The notes under the pieces are model-generated. The model saw only the letters and a list, made by a program, of their open reading frames with translations, ran no database searches and was not told the DNA's origin. Source: Botryllus schlosseri (taxonomy: Eukaryota). Taken from it: a DNA stretch of 64,000 nucleotides. Shown one piece after another: positions 1 to 14,001 of this stretch (position 1 is the stretch's first letter; each line of letters starts with the position of its first letter). The position numbers and the translations under genes are program-made. The DNA is taken from positions 37,946,001 to 38,010,000 of the forward strand of contig CM119372.1 in NCBI GenBank assembly GCA_051294905.1, written 5' to 3'.

Positions 1-599
1 GACAGCGATGTATTCTTTATAATAATTTCATTGATTGGTTGACTAAGCATGATTCGCTGACTACCTACAAGTAGTGTATATCGTTCTTGATGCTGTGGCA
101 CTGGTCAAGTTCACAGCAGAGAGTCTCTGAATATTCCCAAACGGAAAGCTGAATAAGAAACATTTGCAATAAAGCAAGTAAAGCAGTACATTCTCCGGGA
201 TGTTAAGATAATTTTGGAATGTAGATCCTACTGCTAAAATGAATTTCAGCCTGCCCGCTTACAAAGAAAAAAATGAAATTGTATAAGAGAGAGAAAATCT
301 CAGACAGATAAGGATATATCACCAACTGCGCTCTGTGATTCAAAACCTTTTTCGTTTAGTTTATCCCGTTACTGATGGTGTTCTAATTGTTCTATTTTGT
401 AGGCATAGGGATCATTGCGTTGACTATTATCCTCCCATCTGTTCATTACATTACATTGTGTCTTATCGCATTGTACATTGTGTGCAACTTGTTCAGATGA
501 AAATTATAACCCAACGATTAGTCTATTAATATTGATATTGATATTACCATTCACACATAGTGACGTAAGCCCTCACTGAAAATGATACACTGTTTAAAA

Positions 600-2455
600 C
601 AGTGGTTCTTAACCTTTTTTCCTCCAGCGCCCCCTTTCAAAGATTATTGTGCTTCAGCGCCCCCCAACCTCATATTGTAAGGAATGTGACAAAGACAATG
701 AGTGAGAGGGAGGGCCGTAACAGCACTTCGTCAACCCCCCTAAAACGATTGCCTTGCGCACCCAAAGCGTGATAAACCAAACTTATGAGGGCTTCGCCCC
801 CAAGAACCCCGTAGCGTGATTTCGATGGTCAGCAAAGATTGCGTGGCCTGGTCGCCCTAGGTGCCAAAATTTTCTATGATACATGAATGAATAGGTGATA
901 ATTACATATATATATCGCTATAAACTTTATATCCTCTCAGCCCACGTAATCAGATTTACCAGTAGCGCTGAGTGAGCTGTTGTATTGGAAAATAAAGGGC
1001 ACGTAATTATTAATTGAACATATTCGGGCGTGCCCGTAGGTATAATTAATTCGTTACCAGGGTCGTAACAGCACTTCGTCAGTCCCCCAAAAAACGTAGG
1101 TCTTGGGCCCCCTGTAGGGTGATAAACCAAACTTCCGGGGGCTTCGCCCCCAGACCCCCCTTCGGCTATCCGCTATTTGCTGATACTGGTCATCTACATT
1201 GGGTGTCCATTTACTGAGCCAGCTATTCTCGCCTAGACGCGCGACGTGCGAAAATTTCAATAATTATTGATTGAATTGGTCGATATGATCGGGAACTGCA
1301 TATATATTGATATCAATTTTTTTCCTCTCTCTGCTCACGTAAACAGATTTACCGGTAGAGCTGAGTGATGTGTGATTGAAAAGGTAGGAGACCATAACAA
1401 TAAGTAGCCTATCCATCTTCGGGCGCATACCCGTTGGCAGGAACGAAACGACACTTCGTCAGGCCCGCCGAAAAAACTTGGGTCTTGGGCTCCCATAGGG
1501 TGAGAAACCGACCGCCCCCCATCACGTTGTTCGCTTTTGCCGCGAAATCAGCTGTACTGTTAAGCGAGCCAGTGCAAAGCGCCAAAAGTTTCGATAATTC
1601 ATGATAAAATCGGTCAATAAGATCGGGAATTGCATAAATATTGCTATCAATTTCTTGTCCTCTCTGCTCACGTTACCAGATTTACCTGTAGAACTGAATG
1701 CGGTGCAATGTTCCCTCTAAGCTGCGCACGTGCGCAGTGCTGAGATGGTCTCTGCGCACGGAAAATCTACGTTGCGCACAACAAATCCGAAGTTATGACA
1801 TTTTTTCAGTCGTTACGCACTGTTGTCTAAGGGTCTGCGCAGTGAGTTTGTGAGTGTGTGCAGACTCGTCAAAACGTAGAGGGAACATTGTGAGGTGTCT
1901 TGGAAACTGTAGGGTCCGTAACTAATAATTAAACATAGTCGGTTGGGCGGACTCGTTCGTATGACTTCGTTGCATGATGTTATTTCGTGACCTCCTGTCT
2001 GCTATATAAAAATATAGAATCGCTCAACAGGGATATATAGCTCTATATATCCCTGTCGCCCAATCGTACTAAACTAGAAGACGCACACGATTTCAAATTG
2101 GTATTTCTTCACTGGCATATAATTATTCCCTGCCAGATGGAATTCGTCTTCTGAGGTTCAGATTGCCAGGACAGGAACATTCGGTGCCAGTCATTTAAGG
2201 GCCTATGGACAATTAAACCTTTATGTATTTTGTAAGGCTATATATAACGTAGTTTTCGGTGTTAATTCGCTCTGAATACTCATGAAAGATATGTCCTACT
2301 ACCACATCATCTACTGCGAAGCCAGTTTTCTCCAGCGCCCCCCATACCGCCCCCCTGAGCCCAGCGCCCCCCATATCGCCCCCTGAGCGTTTCCGCCCCC
2401 TTCAAAATCGCCAGCGCCCCTTGGGGGGCGCTGGAGGCAAGGTTAAGAACCACTG
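600..2455. mobile_element. Non-autonomous hAT element with internal ~350-bp tandem repeats
   Basis: TIRs CAGTGGTTCTTAACC / GGTTAAGAACCACTG; 8-bp TSD GTTTAAAA at 592-599 and 2456-2463; three diverged internal units at about 720-1067, 1068-1450 and 1451-1960. Confidence 0.9.
1706..1890. mobile_element. ~190-bp hAT MITE (CAATGTTCCCTCTA family), nested
   Basis: TIRs CAATGTTCCCTCTA / TAGAGGGAACATTG; close copies at 47122-47314 and 62894-63087 have perfect 8-bp TSDs. Confidence 0.88.
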
Positions 2456-3824
2456 GTTTAAAACAATATATCAAATTATCAAAAACCTATGATCTGATTC
2501 TGTTCGTCACCATGTGTAAATTTACGCAGTAGAAGGATCCATTGCTTTCATTTTACTGTATTTCGTTATTGCCAATACGTCATCGTGAAGGTACGAGAGT
2601 AAATCACATGCTCATGTTGAGTTTTAGTTTATTACCGCATGCCAATTCTTCAATAACGTTTTTATAAATACCAATAGATTACGCACAGGTGTCATCATAT
2701 TCAATTTTATTTTGTATATAGACACTCCTTGATCTGGGCATCGGTACGCCAAATCTTGAAATGATCACGAGAAGTGCATATGTGATGACTTGGATTATTA
2801 TCGCTTCAAGTCTCGTCGTTATGGTCCGTCACGCGTCATTATGCATGGATTGCATGATAAAATAGTCGATGCGTCTTACTGGTTCGGGATTGAGGCACGT
2901 GTTAGACCAATCGCATTAAGTGTTAGTTTTGCACTGCTCATTGTAAATCGACTCCGACCCGTCCTCAATATACTAGATATTATCTTTGTGCCCATTGTGA
3001 TCAATGTAATAAGCTACCGTTCTAAGCGCATTGATTTGGGATTTATTTAGTTCGATTTAGTTCAAGGGATATGCAAATAATTTGGACAATTAAATCCAAT
3101 TATCAACTGCAATAGATTGTTCTGCCACGACGCACGCCTGTATATAGTTATAGGACTGTTTCTCGTGATTGCCGTAAAATTCCTGCTATTACAAGCAAAA
3201 ATATTGCTGCCCGTGTATGAAGTCATGCTTTCTCTTTGAAATTTTATTTTCAGCAACTATTCGGATGTGAGCGCATTAGTATTCATTGTATCCACCCCCA
3301 TTGATATTTACTCGAAATGCCTGTCATCAAGATTTATGACCTCCGAAATTGGAGCGAGTTCTGCGTTGATATGGAAAACGGCGGGTACTTAGGCTATAGT
3401 GGCAGTAAAGTTATGATAAAAACAGTTTCTCGTACCACAAGCTCGTTATATTTTGTTGACACTCATTCTTTATTTGCTATGAATTTCCATGGGCATTGCA
3501 GAAATATATTTATTACTTTGTACTCCTATATGAGTCTTCGAGAACAAAAATACGACGTCATATACTTAGGTTTGCATTCAAAACATAATCGATTCATAAA
3601 AATACGTCTTTAAAATGTGGCTCGTGTTTAATCATGATCGTTTTTGTATTCATGACTTCCTACACACGAAAAATAACACCTGAAAAAACATTACAGATGG
3701 ATACCCATCTTTTGCGATATCGAGCGACAGGATTATTTCCATGTTGGGTAGTATTTATCGGAAATTCTTTCACTTCTAGTTATCCTCGAAAAACAAACAC
3801 ACCCTCTATTAATATAGTATACAG

Positions 3825-5382
3825 CAGAGTTGGATCAATTACATTATTTCAGTTCAATTACAATTACAATTACAATTACTTCCATGCATGTTTCAATTAC
3901 ATTACAATTACTCCATGCTAAAAATATCAAATTACAATTACAATTACAATTACTCCTCGCATGCTTCAATTACATTACAATTACAATTAGAATCGCTGCT
4001 GTTGAACATGCAATTGAATAATCATAAATTCAACCGTGCTCCTTGACAACCGTAGCGTCGTAATTAACAACAATTCAAGTCTAGTTCAGATTGTGTAGTA
4101 ATAAATGCGTTTATGTGCGTACATAGTATGCTATGTAAGATGTCATTGTGACATAATATAAGCGTGTTTTGTATGCTCGGTAATTATGGCTCACGTAATT
4201 GGAAATGTAAAATGTTATTTACCTAATTTCCTATGGGTTAGGATTAAGGATAGGGTGCAGTATGTCGTTGAAAAAAGTATTATAATATATGCACGTGTTG
4301 GATTTGCGTATATAGTATATAATTAAAGAAATAATATTAGTTTTGTCGAGGGACGTAGGAATTAGGATGAGGAGTAAAAACAAAACCGTGCTTTGTCAGA
4401 TAAGACGTTATATAATATCCAGTGGTCTGGTTAGTTAGCCAGACGAAGTAACGATGCAGCATCGTGATCTGAAATCGTATTGTAGATTGCCAACCCACGG
4501 ATGGATGCGCAAGATGTGAGTCACGGATGAATGCACCGACAAACGTACTGCAGAGCCGGCTAAAAGAAGCAAACTTTGTAGTCCTAGAGCTGGCGATCCA
4601 AGCGTCCAAATTTGATGCATCGGGTCTTTATTGTAAGCTATTGATGCACTAATTCCGAAAATACAAATTAATATCTCGTCAGGGCAATGTAACTGCTCCA
4701 AAATAGCCGTTTAAGGCCGACTGTTCTGAAAAGTGAGAGCGCCGCAGCAGCATGACCACAACAATGACCAACTACGCCCAGCGATTGTTCAGAACAATGC
4801 CGATTCCCAGACTTTCACGACTATTTTGGGATGGTACCATTGCCTGGAAATATACTTTTATTGCGGAATCAGTGTGACACTAGCTTTCGATTAGGACCAT
4901 ACATATCAAATTTCGACGCTTGGATCGCCAGCTATGGGACTATCAATTCTGCTGCTTTTAGCCGGCTCAGCAGTTCGCTTCTCGGCGTATTCAATCGTGA
5001 GTCACGTGTTGCGAATCCATCCGTTGGTTAGTAATCTAATAATTGTATACAATGGCAGCCGAGGCCAGCATAGCGGTAAAAATAAAAAAAACTTCGCCCG
5101 CAAGGGCGCAGTCAAGGGCTTCCGCGAATGGATCCACCAAATTCCTTGTCGACATTTAAAGAGAATGCATTATAAGTCAATTATTTTATGAAGTGCTTGT
5201 CAGGTCTCAATAGCAATTTTATGTAATTGAAATTGTAATTGAGCAAAATTTTTGTCAAATTACAATTACAATTACAGTTACACAAAATAAAAATGCTTCA
5301 ATTACAATTACATTACAATTACATTGAAAAATGTAATTAATTACATTACATTACATTACAAATTACAATTGATCCAACTCTG
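3825..5382. mobile_element. hAT-type non-autonomous element with (ATTACA)n subterminal repeats
   Basis: TIRs CAGAGTTGGATCAATT / AATTGATCCAACTCTG; TSD GTATACAG/GTATACAC; contains a further inverted-repeat insert at about 4484-5038. Confidence 0.85.
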
Positions 5383-5730
5383 GTATACACTATACAGATG
5401 AGCTTTTGTTTGATTATATTGAAAGGACAGGAGTATTCGTCATTTCGGGACCTATATCGATATCGAAGGTTCGGCCGACATGCGCCGAAAGAGGACACTT
5501 CTATTCTCAGTGGCAAGCTCTTAGCGAAAAGATTGTGTACTTCCACCCGTGTACCACCCCGGATATACCGGTGTGAATATAATTTCATGACACACGAAAC
5601 CAGGGGGGTAATTACATGCTCATTCGTGATCGTGTTCGTAATCGCGTTCGTGATAGCGTTCGTAATCGCGTTCGTGTTCGGGAATTTGCTCAACCGAACA
5701 GAATATTTATCCTCGGGATACGCATTATAT

Positions 5731-6452
5731 CAGGGCCGGCCAACCCGTGGCCCGCGGGCCACATGTGGCCCGCGAGAAGGTTTTGAGTGGCCCGCGTGGT
5801 AATTTCCGAAATTGGTAATTTTATAAAAGATGAATTGCACAGACTGTGAACTTGCAAGGCCAACCAAAAATTTGATTAGTCTGGAAGCAACACTTGAGAT
5901 GTCATGACTAAAATATCAGTTACGACGCATTGGCATTTCCATGAGCCAGTCACACTTTGGTAGATCTTCGTACACTACAATAAAGCAAAATAATTTGCGA
6001 TAAATTGATCAAAAGTAAATATTTTCTACACGCTTCGCGCAACATGTTGTCACTCGATTTTTTGCTTTTAATATTGTTACCCCTTTGTGAAAATGAAAAA
6101 ACGCCCAATGCATCAGATTGAGTCTAACTATATTCTCGATTACGAGACAGTGTCGTTCAACATATGCGACGTAGCGTTTGCGCTCGCAGAAAGACCGTCG
6201 ACTATGAAACCTAGGCACAAAACGATTGACGCATGTTGGTCGAAGCTTTCGGAATTGATATGTCCAGGCGCTGAATAGTCCAGTCCTGGCAAACTGAGCC
6301 CAGCTATATACGGCAGGCCCGCAATATAGTCAAGTGACAATATTATTGAGCTATGAACTTCGAAAATTTTTCGCGCTTCGCGCGGCTAGTGGCCCGCGCA
6401 ATATTTCGTCGATCGAATGTGGCCCTTTGGCTGAAAAGGTTGGCCAGCCCTG
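5731..6452. mobile_element. hAT MITE (CAGGGCCGGCCAAC family), nested in Harbinger
   Basis: TIRs plus perfect TSD CATTATAT; homologous copies at 14608-15477, 45864-46560 (inverted) and 58812-59506. Confidence 0.9.
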
Positions 6453-6904
6453 CATTATATGCTTTGTTCGTACTCGTGACTTCTGTTCGTGATGAGTTGG
6501 AAGAGAGAAACTTAACACTTCGTTTCGTTGATTGTTTGAATACCCATCTAAATTTGTTGACGGGAATTTTTGGGAATTAATACTGAAGTACAAGCACAAG
6601 TTCAGATAATGAGCTCAGAATTCGCGAAACGATGATTTGTTTATGACTTGATTAATCATGAGCTGAAAACGAATCAAAGACTTTGGAGACATAAAGTTTC
6701 CACATCGCAGCTCAATTATGACATGGCAATTACCCTGTACCATCAGAAATGCCATAATTGTTTTCATCGTCACGGCTATCTAGCAGCTTTAGAAACAGTA
6801 AGAACGCTTTCTAATCGTAAATGCTTATCTACATGCCTTTTTAATATTATTATATTTAATATATCCGAATTTACCTATTTTAGAATCGTCACAATTTCTT
6901 GAAT

Positions 6905-7520
6905 TTTGAAGTATCATGATTTGATCCAGGCCATTTTGCTACAACATCGGTAAACATATGATTTGCATCACAGATTCCTTGGATGTTGATTGAATGTAAC
7001 GTTTTACTATTCGCATAAGCAAACTCGTCAACATGTGGAGCAATTATATAGGAATATGAGATCCATCGATGCAGCCGATTACGCCAGGAAAACCCGCTAC
7101 GGTACTTGATAAAAACAACGTTTTGCGGCAACGACTTCCGTGTTATTTCTTGGCATGTAAATGAAATTTGGAGCCATCGAAAGCATTGAATCTCAAAATG
7201 CGCTTAATACTTTACTCAGAGTTGGCTGGAATACTTTCAAGAAATCTATGCTGCAACTCTGAAAGCTTCCAGAACTGAGCGTTGTAACGGATACTAAAAC
7301 GCTGTGCTGTAAGGTTAGGTCTGCCGAACGATGACATAATGGCCCCATGCTATTGTTTACTGCTTGTAATGGACACAAATATTCGATTACATATTTGCTC
7401 ATTCTAAATTCTGTAACAACTTCTTTATCGCTCGAATGGTCCAAGTCAAAATATTCTCGTTCTTGACATTCTCCAAAGTGCGACGTGCGATTATCCACTA
7501 AGAAATAACGGGCAGCCATA
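6905..7520 (-). pseudogene. Frameshifted HARBI1-like (DDE_Tnp_4) transposase fragment
   Basis: Translations across frames give EFRMSKYVIEYLC, GFPGVIGCIDGSHIPI and HSINIQGICDANHMFTDVVAKWPGSNHD, all typical Harbinger transposase motifs; broken by frameshifts and truncated. Confidence 0.85.
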
Positions 7521-9268
7521 ATGCCGACATAAGTGCTCCCGAATGACGATCGTACGAACACGAATGGTATTGAGTATTCGTGGTCTGCCCAAGATTTTTG
7601 TCGGAATTCTCGAAGATTTTTTTATGGTCTTCGCGACAAGATCGCACGGAATACCGATCATAAAAAATGTTCGGCGGTTTCCCGAATACCGAGATTTCTA
7701 TTCTTACGAAAAGCATGTAATGACCCCCCCTAACGTACCTCCGAATTATACCGCGGTAGAAATCGAGTTCAAAATCAGGGTGTCCATATGCGAAGACGGG
7801 TTGCGAAGAAATGTCGGTGCTCGATGGTCCCGTATACTCGCGGGATACGCATCCCTATGCTATCCCAACAGCCTCTAGCGATACGTGGCAGATACCGTTT
7901 GTTTTCTCATGAAGACGAATACGATTGGACAAATATGCAAATTATTTATTACCATTTCTATTTTTCGGGGGGTGGGTGAGGGCTACCCGCATTAAAATGA
8001 AAGGTTTAACAAATCTGCCCTGAAATACTCGAGAATTGGGATGGGGCATGGCCCTTTTCGCCTCCAGACCACTCCACTGATCTGAAAGACATATGATATG
8101 GGTAAATGTCTCACTGCAGGCGACAGCCCGTCATAATATACATTGTAGATTACCCTGCGTCCTCTCATGGTTCATAAACTTTCAAAGATATAACATCTCA
8201 TTATGGTAGATCGCTTATTTCTGTATATCCCGTGACTTATATCTTTCTTCTCTCAACCACGTGACTTACCATTTATTACCCCGTGTATTTGAATTATATA
8301 TGAGACTCATTCCCCATACGCTACTGTATATTTCATATATTCGACCAATTGCTGGTCACCGTAAATACTATTATTTCAAAAATGACCGAAATTTCAATTT
8401 GACTGACCTCGGCTTCTACTGGCTGGAATTGAGTCAAATTTGGTGTGCAGCGTTTTTTCAGGTAACCTGACAATTTGACAATCAAGCCGATGAAATTTGA
8501 GAAAAAAGTTTTTTTTTGAACACCCCTTGAACAGTGAAAAAGTTGGCGTATGGCATTTATACAAATAGAAGTTAGCAATTATCAAGTACCACGATTATAC
8601 CGAATCAAGATTCTCTGTAATCTGTTGTAGGGTTTTTAAAGAGAAAACATGAATTCGTGGCGAAGTTTGTACGGTAAACAACTAACTTCTTACAATTTTA
8701 CGCGGCTATAACATGACGAGAGTCTGAGATCGGAGGTAGAGACATGTTAAAGTGGTCTTTATTCGAAAGTTTCTGCCTTGCAGCACTAGTAATATTGGAT
8801 CAAAAAGTGTGCAGTGCGTTAAAGGAATCGTTGCCTCATACCTGCTAATAGACTGTAGCGTCCATGAAACATGAAGCTTCCGAGGGATATTAGGGCCGCT
8901 TGTATTAATTAAACAAAATATATTTATCATTTCATTAGAACTGAGATCTGATATCGCGGCAAAATAGCCATCGGTTAGCAAACGAATGTCGTAGTGATTT
9001 ACATACTAGCCGTGGAAAACTGGTCATCTAATCTGCAGGATGGTCATTGGTCAACTGCAGCTTCTTATAAAGGCACATGTTCCGTAGTTTCACAGCAGCT
9101 TTCAAACGCAAAATATGTGGGTGGTGAAATGGCGTAGTCAGTGGTATAATCCACAGCTGCAACACCAATGGGTTGTGGGTTCGAGTCCGACTGAGGTCGA
9201 CTCCAAAATTCCTACCCAAGTGTTAGAGGTTTTTCTAGGTTCCTCATCGCAACGTGATCCGCGTAAGC

Positions 9269-10291
9269 CAGTGGCGGGCAACTTCTCCAGCCGGCGGGCC
9301 GGATATAGAGAAATTATGTACTTGGCGGGCCGGATTGCTGAATCGATGCATTATTCGCCCATTTATCCACGTATACAAGGTGTAAATCGCATTTAATGAA
9401 TGTATTTAACGACAGCAATGTCACTTCAAAGCCATTTCTTGCCGATAATGACGAAGACAATGTTAAAACAGCATTGTCATACAGGCGCCCCCATATCTGC
9501 TTCTCTCTGATCAATCAACGCACGCAGCAATCACTAATTAAGATTTCAAGGCGTTCGATAAGCCCAGTACCCGAAATGTACCAAGATATCAATTAATTAG
9601 GGCTGAATAGGTGACGTGATAGCGTCATTGTTCAACTGTGTGGCCTATTTTATGTCGATATTGAATTCTTGCGGATCGCGGATTCTACGACATTTGAAAA
9701 GTGGCCCGCGACCCGATTACAGAATCAAAAATAAGGAATATCGGCTTGGTTTGTTTGTTTGTATTTGGGGTATTCATGGTGTTTGTCGACTACTATGGTC
9801 ATTTACACCAGGCCAATATTCTTCTTATTTTCCGTAACTGCCGACTTATAGCACGTCCCACCTCTAGGCTTTTTGTAAGACACCGCTTACGCGGATGAGG
9901 TGGCGAGGAGGAGCCTAGGTAAACCTCAAACACTTAGGTATCGGAATTCGGAAGTCGACCTCGGTCGGACTCGAACCCGCACCCATTGGTGTTGCAGCCG
10001 CGGATTATACCACTGCGCTATCTCGCCACTATCGGCTTGGTGTAAATGACCATTGTAGTCGACAACCACCACGATTACCACAAACGATATTAGGGTTGAG
10101 CACATCGTAAATGCCGATAATGCAACTCTTCCCGTTTCGACGAACTTACGCGTAAGCTCCATTCTGGCAGGCGTAGTAAGAAGCGGGGAATCTCGGCAGA
10201 CTGTAGCCGCGGGCCGCATTATCATATAAGACGGAAAACTGTCCGCGGGCCGGACAAAATCCTTTCGCGGGCCGTATGTTGCCCACCCCTG
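9269..10291. mobile_element. hAT MITE
   Basis: Imperfect TIRs CAGTGGCGGGCAAC / GTTGCCCACCCCTG; 8-bp TSD GCGTAAGC at 9261-9268 and 10292-10299. Confidence 0.85.
9751..10029 (-). mobile_element. Full-length tRNA-derived SINE (family 1)
   Basis: Minus strand reads GGCGAGATAGCGCAGTGG (A box) ... GGTTCGAGTCC (B box) ... (AAAC)n tail; 12-bp TSD TATCGGCTTGGT. Confidence 0.9.
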
Positions 10292-10960
10292 GCGTAAGCG
10301 GTGATTTATAAAAGCAGAGAAGCGGGCCGTGCTACAAGTCGGCAAATACGTAATCAAAATATTGAATACAGGTCTAGTGTAAAACTACCAATGTAGTCGA
10401 AACACTATGAATGTAAACCAAACAAACGGCGAATTATATATCGCGATCGTCCATATCGTACAACGATGACGTCGTGAATTTCAAATAGTGACGTAAAAAT
10501 TGATTGTCATTGGTATATGACTCCTTTGGAGGTACAATTCAAAATGTAGGGGTGGTATGACTGGTATGACTCCTTTGACGAAACTGGTTTCCGAACCTTG
10601 ACATATAATATGACGACAATGCCCATCTTAGCTCAGTAACGGACATGGCCATGGTCTGGTAATTCAAAATGGCGATTTGTCTCCCTAAGTATCATATGTC
10701 CACTGAAGTGGTCTATTAGATATTGCAAAAGTTGGCAATAATTGGGGCCACCGCAGTTGGAGGACATTTCGTGTATATTGTAAACGCTGCGATATAAACT
10801 GCTAATCACCAGTGACCACGCGCGGAATCTATATTTCAAAACCAATCGAGATATTTTCAGTCGCCTAGCTTGTCTCCTTCTGTTGGTGATAATTGTCGCC
10901 CAAACGCTTCAAAAACAGGACTGTCCACCAAAGTAGTCTAATAGGTAAATATATATATAT

Positions 10961-11917
10961 TAGGGAGGGTGTGAACGTGAGGTTCACGTTCGCGTTCTGT
11001 GTGTGAACCTCGGAAATTTAGAGGTTCGCGTTCACAACAGAACCTTGGTAGGTTCTGCACTGTGAACCTTTTTCATATTTACAATTGTTTACGTCACTAC
11101 ATCAGCTTTGCTTGAAAGTCTTCGCATTTCAACTTCGAGCCACTCTCTGTGTGGCGCTGGCAGCACGGAAATTAACTCAGCACTAAACGAGCATGCACCT
11201 TGCCAATTTCGAATATTTTATTCGTTTTCTTACAAAAGTTAGCTCAAGATATTCGGCTATCCGTTTTAAATATTAAGTAACTATCTGTTGTGGCCGGCAA
11301 TCACATAAAATCAAGAACGAAATACACTACATGTAGCTACTTGTTGAATCATGCTCACTCAATTATTAACATCAACGAAATTGATATGAATAAGGCACGT
11401 TTTGCTTGTGCAAGCTTGTGCAAGTTCCCTTGCATAAATTTCAGGACTTCAATATCTGTAGCAAGTGAAGAATCCGGTTTTTCACTCTGATCAACATCTA
11501 TGTAGCAATCGTCTGACGCCTTCAGAATACATTGTCCAGTCTAATCTAGATCGTTAAGGCGTAAACAAAACATATATCCCCCTGCGAGCCGTTGTCGGGA
11601 TTGTTGACCAATCGACGGGAGATATCGGTTTTATGGAATTAATATAGCATTTGATCGTTTTAGTTGATATATTTGGGGATACTGAAAATGTCGGCGTGTA
11701 CTTACAGATCACTCGAATGCTTTCATAATGTAGCCTGAGTCGTCTTTATATCGTAAGGTATGTACGTTGATGTACTACTTCACGGAAATGTAGGGTTCGA
11801 ATTAGCATTATGACGTCACGTCACGTCATGAGGTTCACGTTCGCGTTCACACAGAACCTTTCAAAAAGGTTCGCGTTCACACGAACCTGAACCTTTCAGG
11901 GGCTCACACCATCCCTA
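10961..11917. mobile_element. hAT-type MITE with GTTCACGTTCGC subterminal repeats, inserted in a (TA)n tract
   Basis: TIRs TAGGGAGGGTGTGA / TCACACCATCCCTA flanked by ATATATAT. Confidence 0.75.
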
Positions 11918-12005
11918 ATATATATATATATATATATATCGACTATTCAATTGGATAAAATAAAAAGGGCAACAGAAAACAGGAAACAAAAGAACATCGA
12001 GATAA

Positions 12006-12269
12006 TCAGTTTTGGGCTCGTGTTAAGCGTCTCCAACGTATGCGGTCGTGGGCGTCTTCAAGCGACAGCCCGCGTTGTGCTAGATCAGTCTTCATTTTCG
12101 AGCGCCATGTTTTCCGATTCCAGCCACCTCTGCGCTGTGGCTCCGTGGGAATGTGATAGATGATGGCGGCGGCTGGTTGCTCGTCTTGATGCCGCACTAG
12201 ATGACCGATTAGGCGGAAGCGTCGTTCAGCTGCCAGTAGACGGCACTGTCGCCTGCCGGGAATCGCCAT
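12006..12269 (-). mobile_element. 3' fragment of an RTE-like LINE ORF
   Basis: RRFRLIGHLVRH...RRGGWNRKTWRSKMKTDL...AHDRIRWRRL matches the typical C-terminus of RTE-clade ORFs. Confidence 0.75.
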
Positions 12270-13496
12270 AATGCAATAGAGTCATATAACAATCTGATTT
12301 AACGGAAAGCTGGGCATTGCGCAAAATGTGACTGAAGCGCAATAAAAGCGGATATCATCGTCCGATCGGTCCGCGAATTAAGATTTTACTTTATAGACAT
12401 TTCGCACTTTGTAGACATTTCGCAATTTTCATGATTCCCATATCATAATTGTTCCGTCGAAATATTGACGGGTAATTATCATTCCCAAGTTCGTTACCTT
12501 TCATTTTCTGCTGTTTCCGCTTTTAGAGTGCTATACGCTGTGCCATAAACTCCAATGACAGAAGGTTACCCTTTCCGGATCTTACGATATTTCCGGTTTT
12601 AGTAATTCCATAAAACCACTGAGCTTGTCATACGCAATGACATTTTCTCATGGGTACTGTTAGGCCCTTTTCATACCGGATTTACGAAACTCTTTCGGGA
12701 ACAAGTTCCGAAACAGGCGATGTTCACATAGAGAAAAAATTACCGAAACAGTTCCGGGAAAAGGGCGCGTTCATACCTATTTAGAGTTACCGCAAACTTA
12801 TGTTCATACAGGTCGTTTTTTCGGTAAATTCGCGGGAAATCATGGCCGGTATGAACGCGATTCTCCGTAAGTGTTGATAGTTACGAAACCATGTCTGTGG
12901 GGTGTTCCAGTTGTAATATGCTTGTGGAAAACAATGTGGGAGAGGCATATACGTGAGATGCGGAGAAGTTGGCTCCAACTTTTAGCTATGGGATGTTGCG
13001 GATATGCCTTCTCGAAGTGTATGGGGCTCTATACTCAATATCTGTATCAGTAATAGATCCCGAGTATGTTCCTGGCTTGTATATTATCAACCAAAGCTGA
13101 GAGCAGAAACTGAAAGCCAGCAAAGAGGATAGAGTCCTGGAATGAAAAGAACCACCGATCACATCTGCGTACGAGGTACGACAAAGTCAGTTTATCTTTG
13201 TGATTGCTGTATAATGGTTTGGGTAAATCTAATCTTATGTACACTGTACAGAGAAACCAGGGAATTCGAGAAATTCGTGAGAGAAACATTTGGTATACTC
13301 TGCGACGAGCTTCGAGACCATAACGAAAAGCAGCAAGCAAATTATACGAACTCAATTTCTCTTGCTTGCTGAGTAGCTGTCGCTCATTGGAGGCTAGCCA
13401 ATGAAGCCAATCGTTTATAGATCCAGGTAAACATCAGATGTATTTTAAGAAGGCAACTGTCACAAGTTGATTTTAATAAAAATTGCTAGTGCCTAG

Positions 13497-14001
13497 TAGG
13501 GCTAGCCACCATGATTCGAGTACTCGAATCTGAATCGAGTATTAACTTTATTGATTCGAGACGAGAAGTTAAATACTACTTTTCGAGTAGGTTACTGAAA
13601 TTATACTGAAAGTTGATTTACTAACGAAAATTATACGGTAGTTTTGATAAACTTTTCCACTGAGTAAGCCTTGAAACCTTGATTGGCCGTGTCGCAACAT
13701 ACGAGATATAGTACAAATCTACGAACGTTGCTGGAAATAACACATTTCCGAAGTCATGACCATCCCATATAACACTGTCAAGCAGTGCAATGAAAACGGT
13801 ATGGTCGAAAAAACATTAAATTATCTTTGATGTGACAGACAATAGGCGTTATGTTCTTTATGGTGGCATAAAAGGTAGCCTACACATTTGAATTTTGGCA
13901 TGGTACATTGTGTTGTGATGTCATCATGATGATACCCGACTCGAAGCGTAATAAGTGATTCAGAATCGAATCACTCAGGTACTCAATTTTGCCCAGCCCT
14001 A
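13497..14001. mobile_element. hAT MITE with GAATC/GAGTA subterminal repeats
   Basis: Ends TAGGGCT / AGCCCTA; TSD GTGCCTAG/GTGCATAG. Confidence 0.75.

Larger units (their letters stand above)
5603..7730 (-). mobile_element. Decayed PIF/Harbinger DNA transposon
   Basis: TIRs GGGGGGTAATTACATGCT / AGCATGTAATGACCCCCC; internal transposase remnant on the minus strand. Confidence 0.8.
9121..10427 (+). mobile_element. tRNA-derived SINE (family 1) interrupted by a hAT MITE
   Basis: tRNA-like head with B box GGTTCGAGTCC from 9121; 3' half and AAAC tail at 10292-10427; split at duplicated GCGTAAGC. Confidence 0.8.

Noticed and set aside
60..260. Possible short minus-strand exons at the window start
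   Set aside because: Splice-like signals exist, but the peptides are unrecognisable and the phases could not be reconciled.
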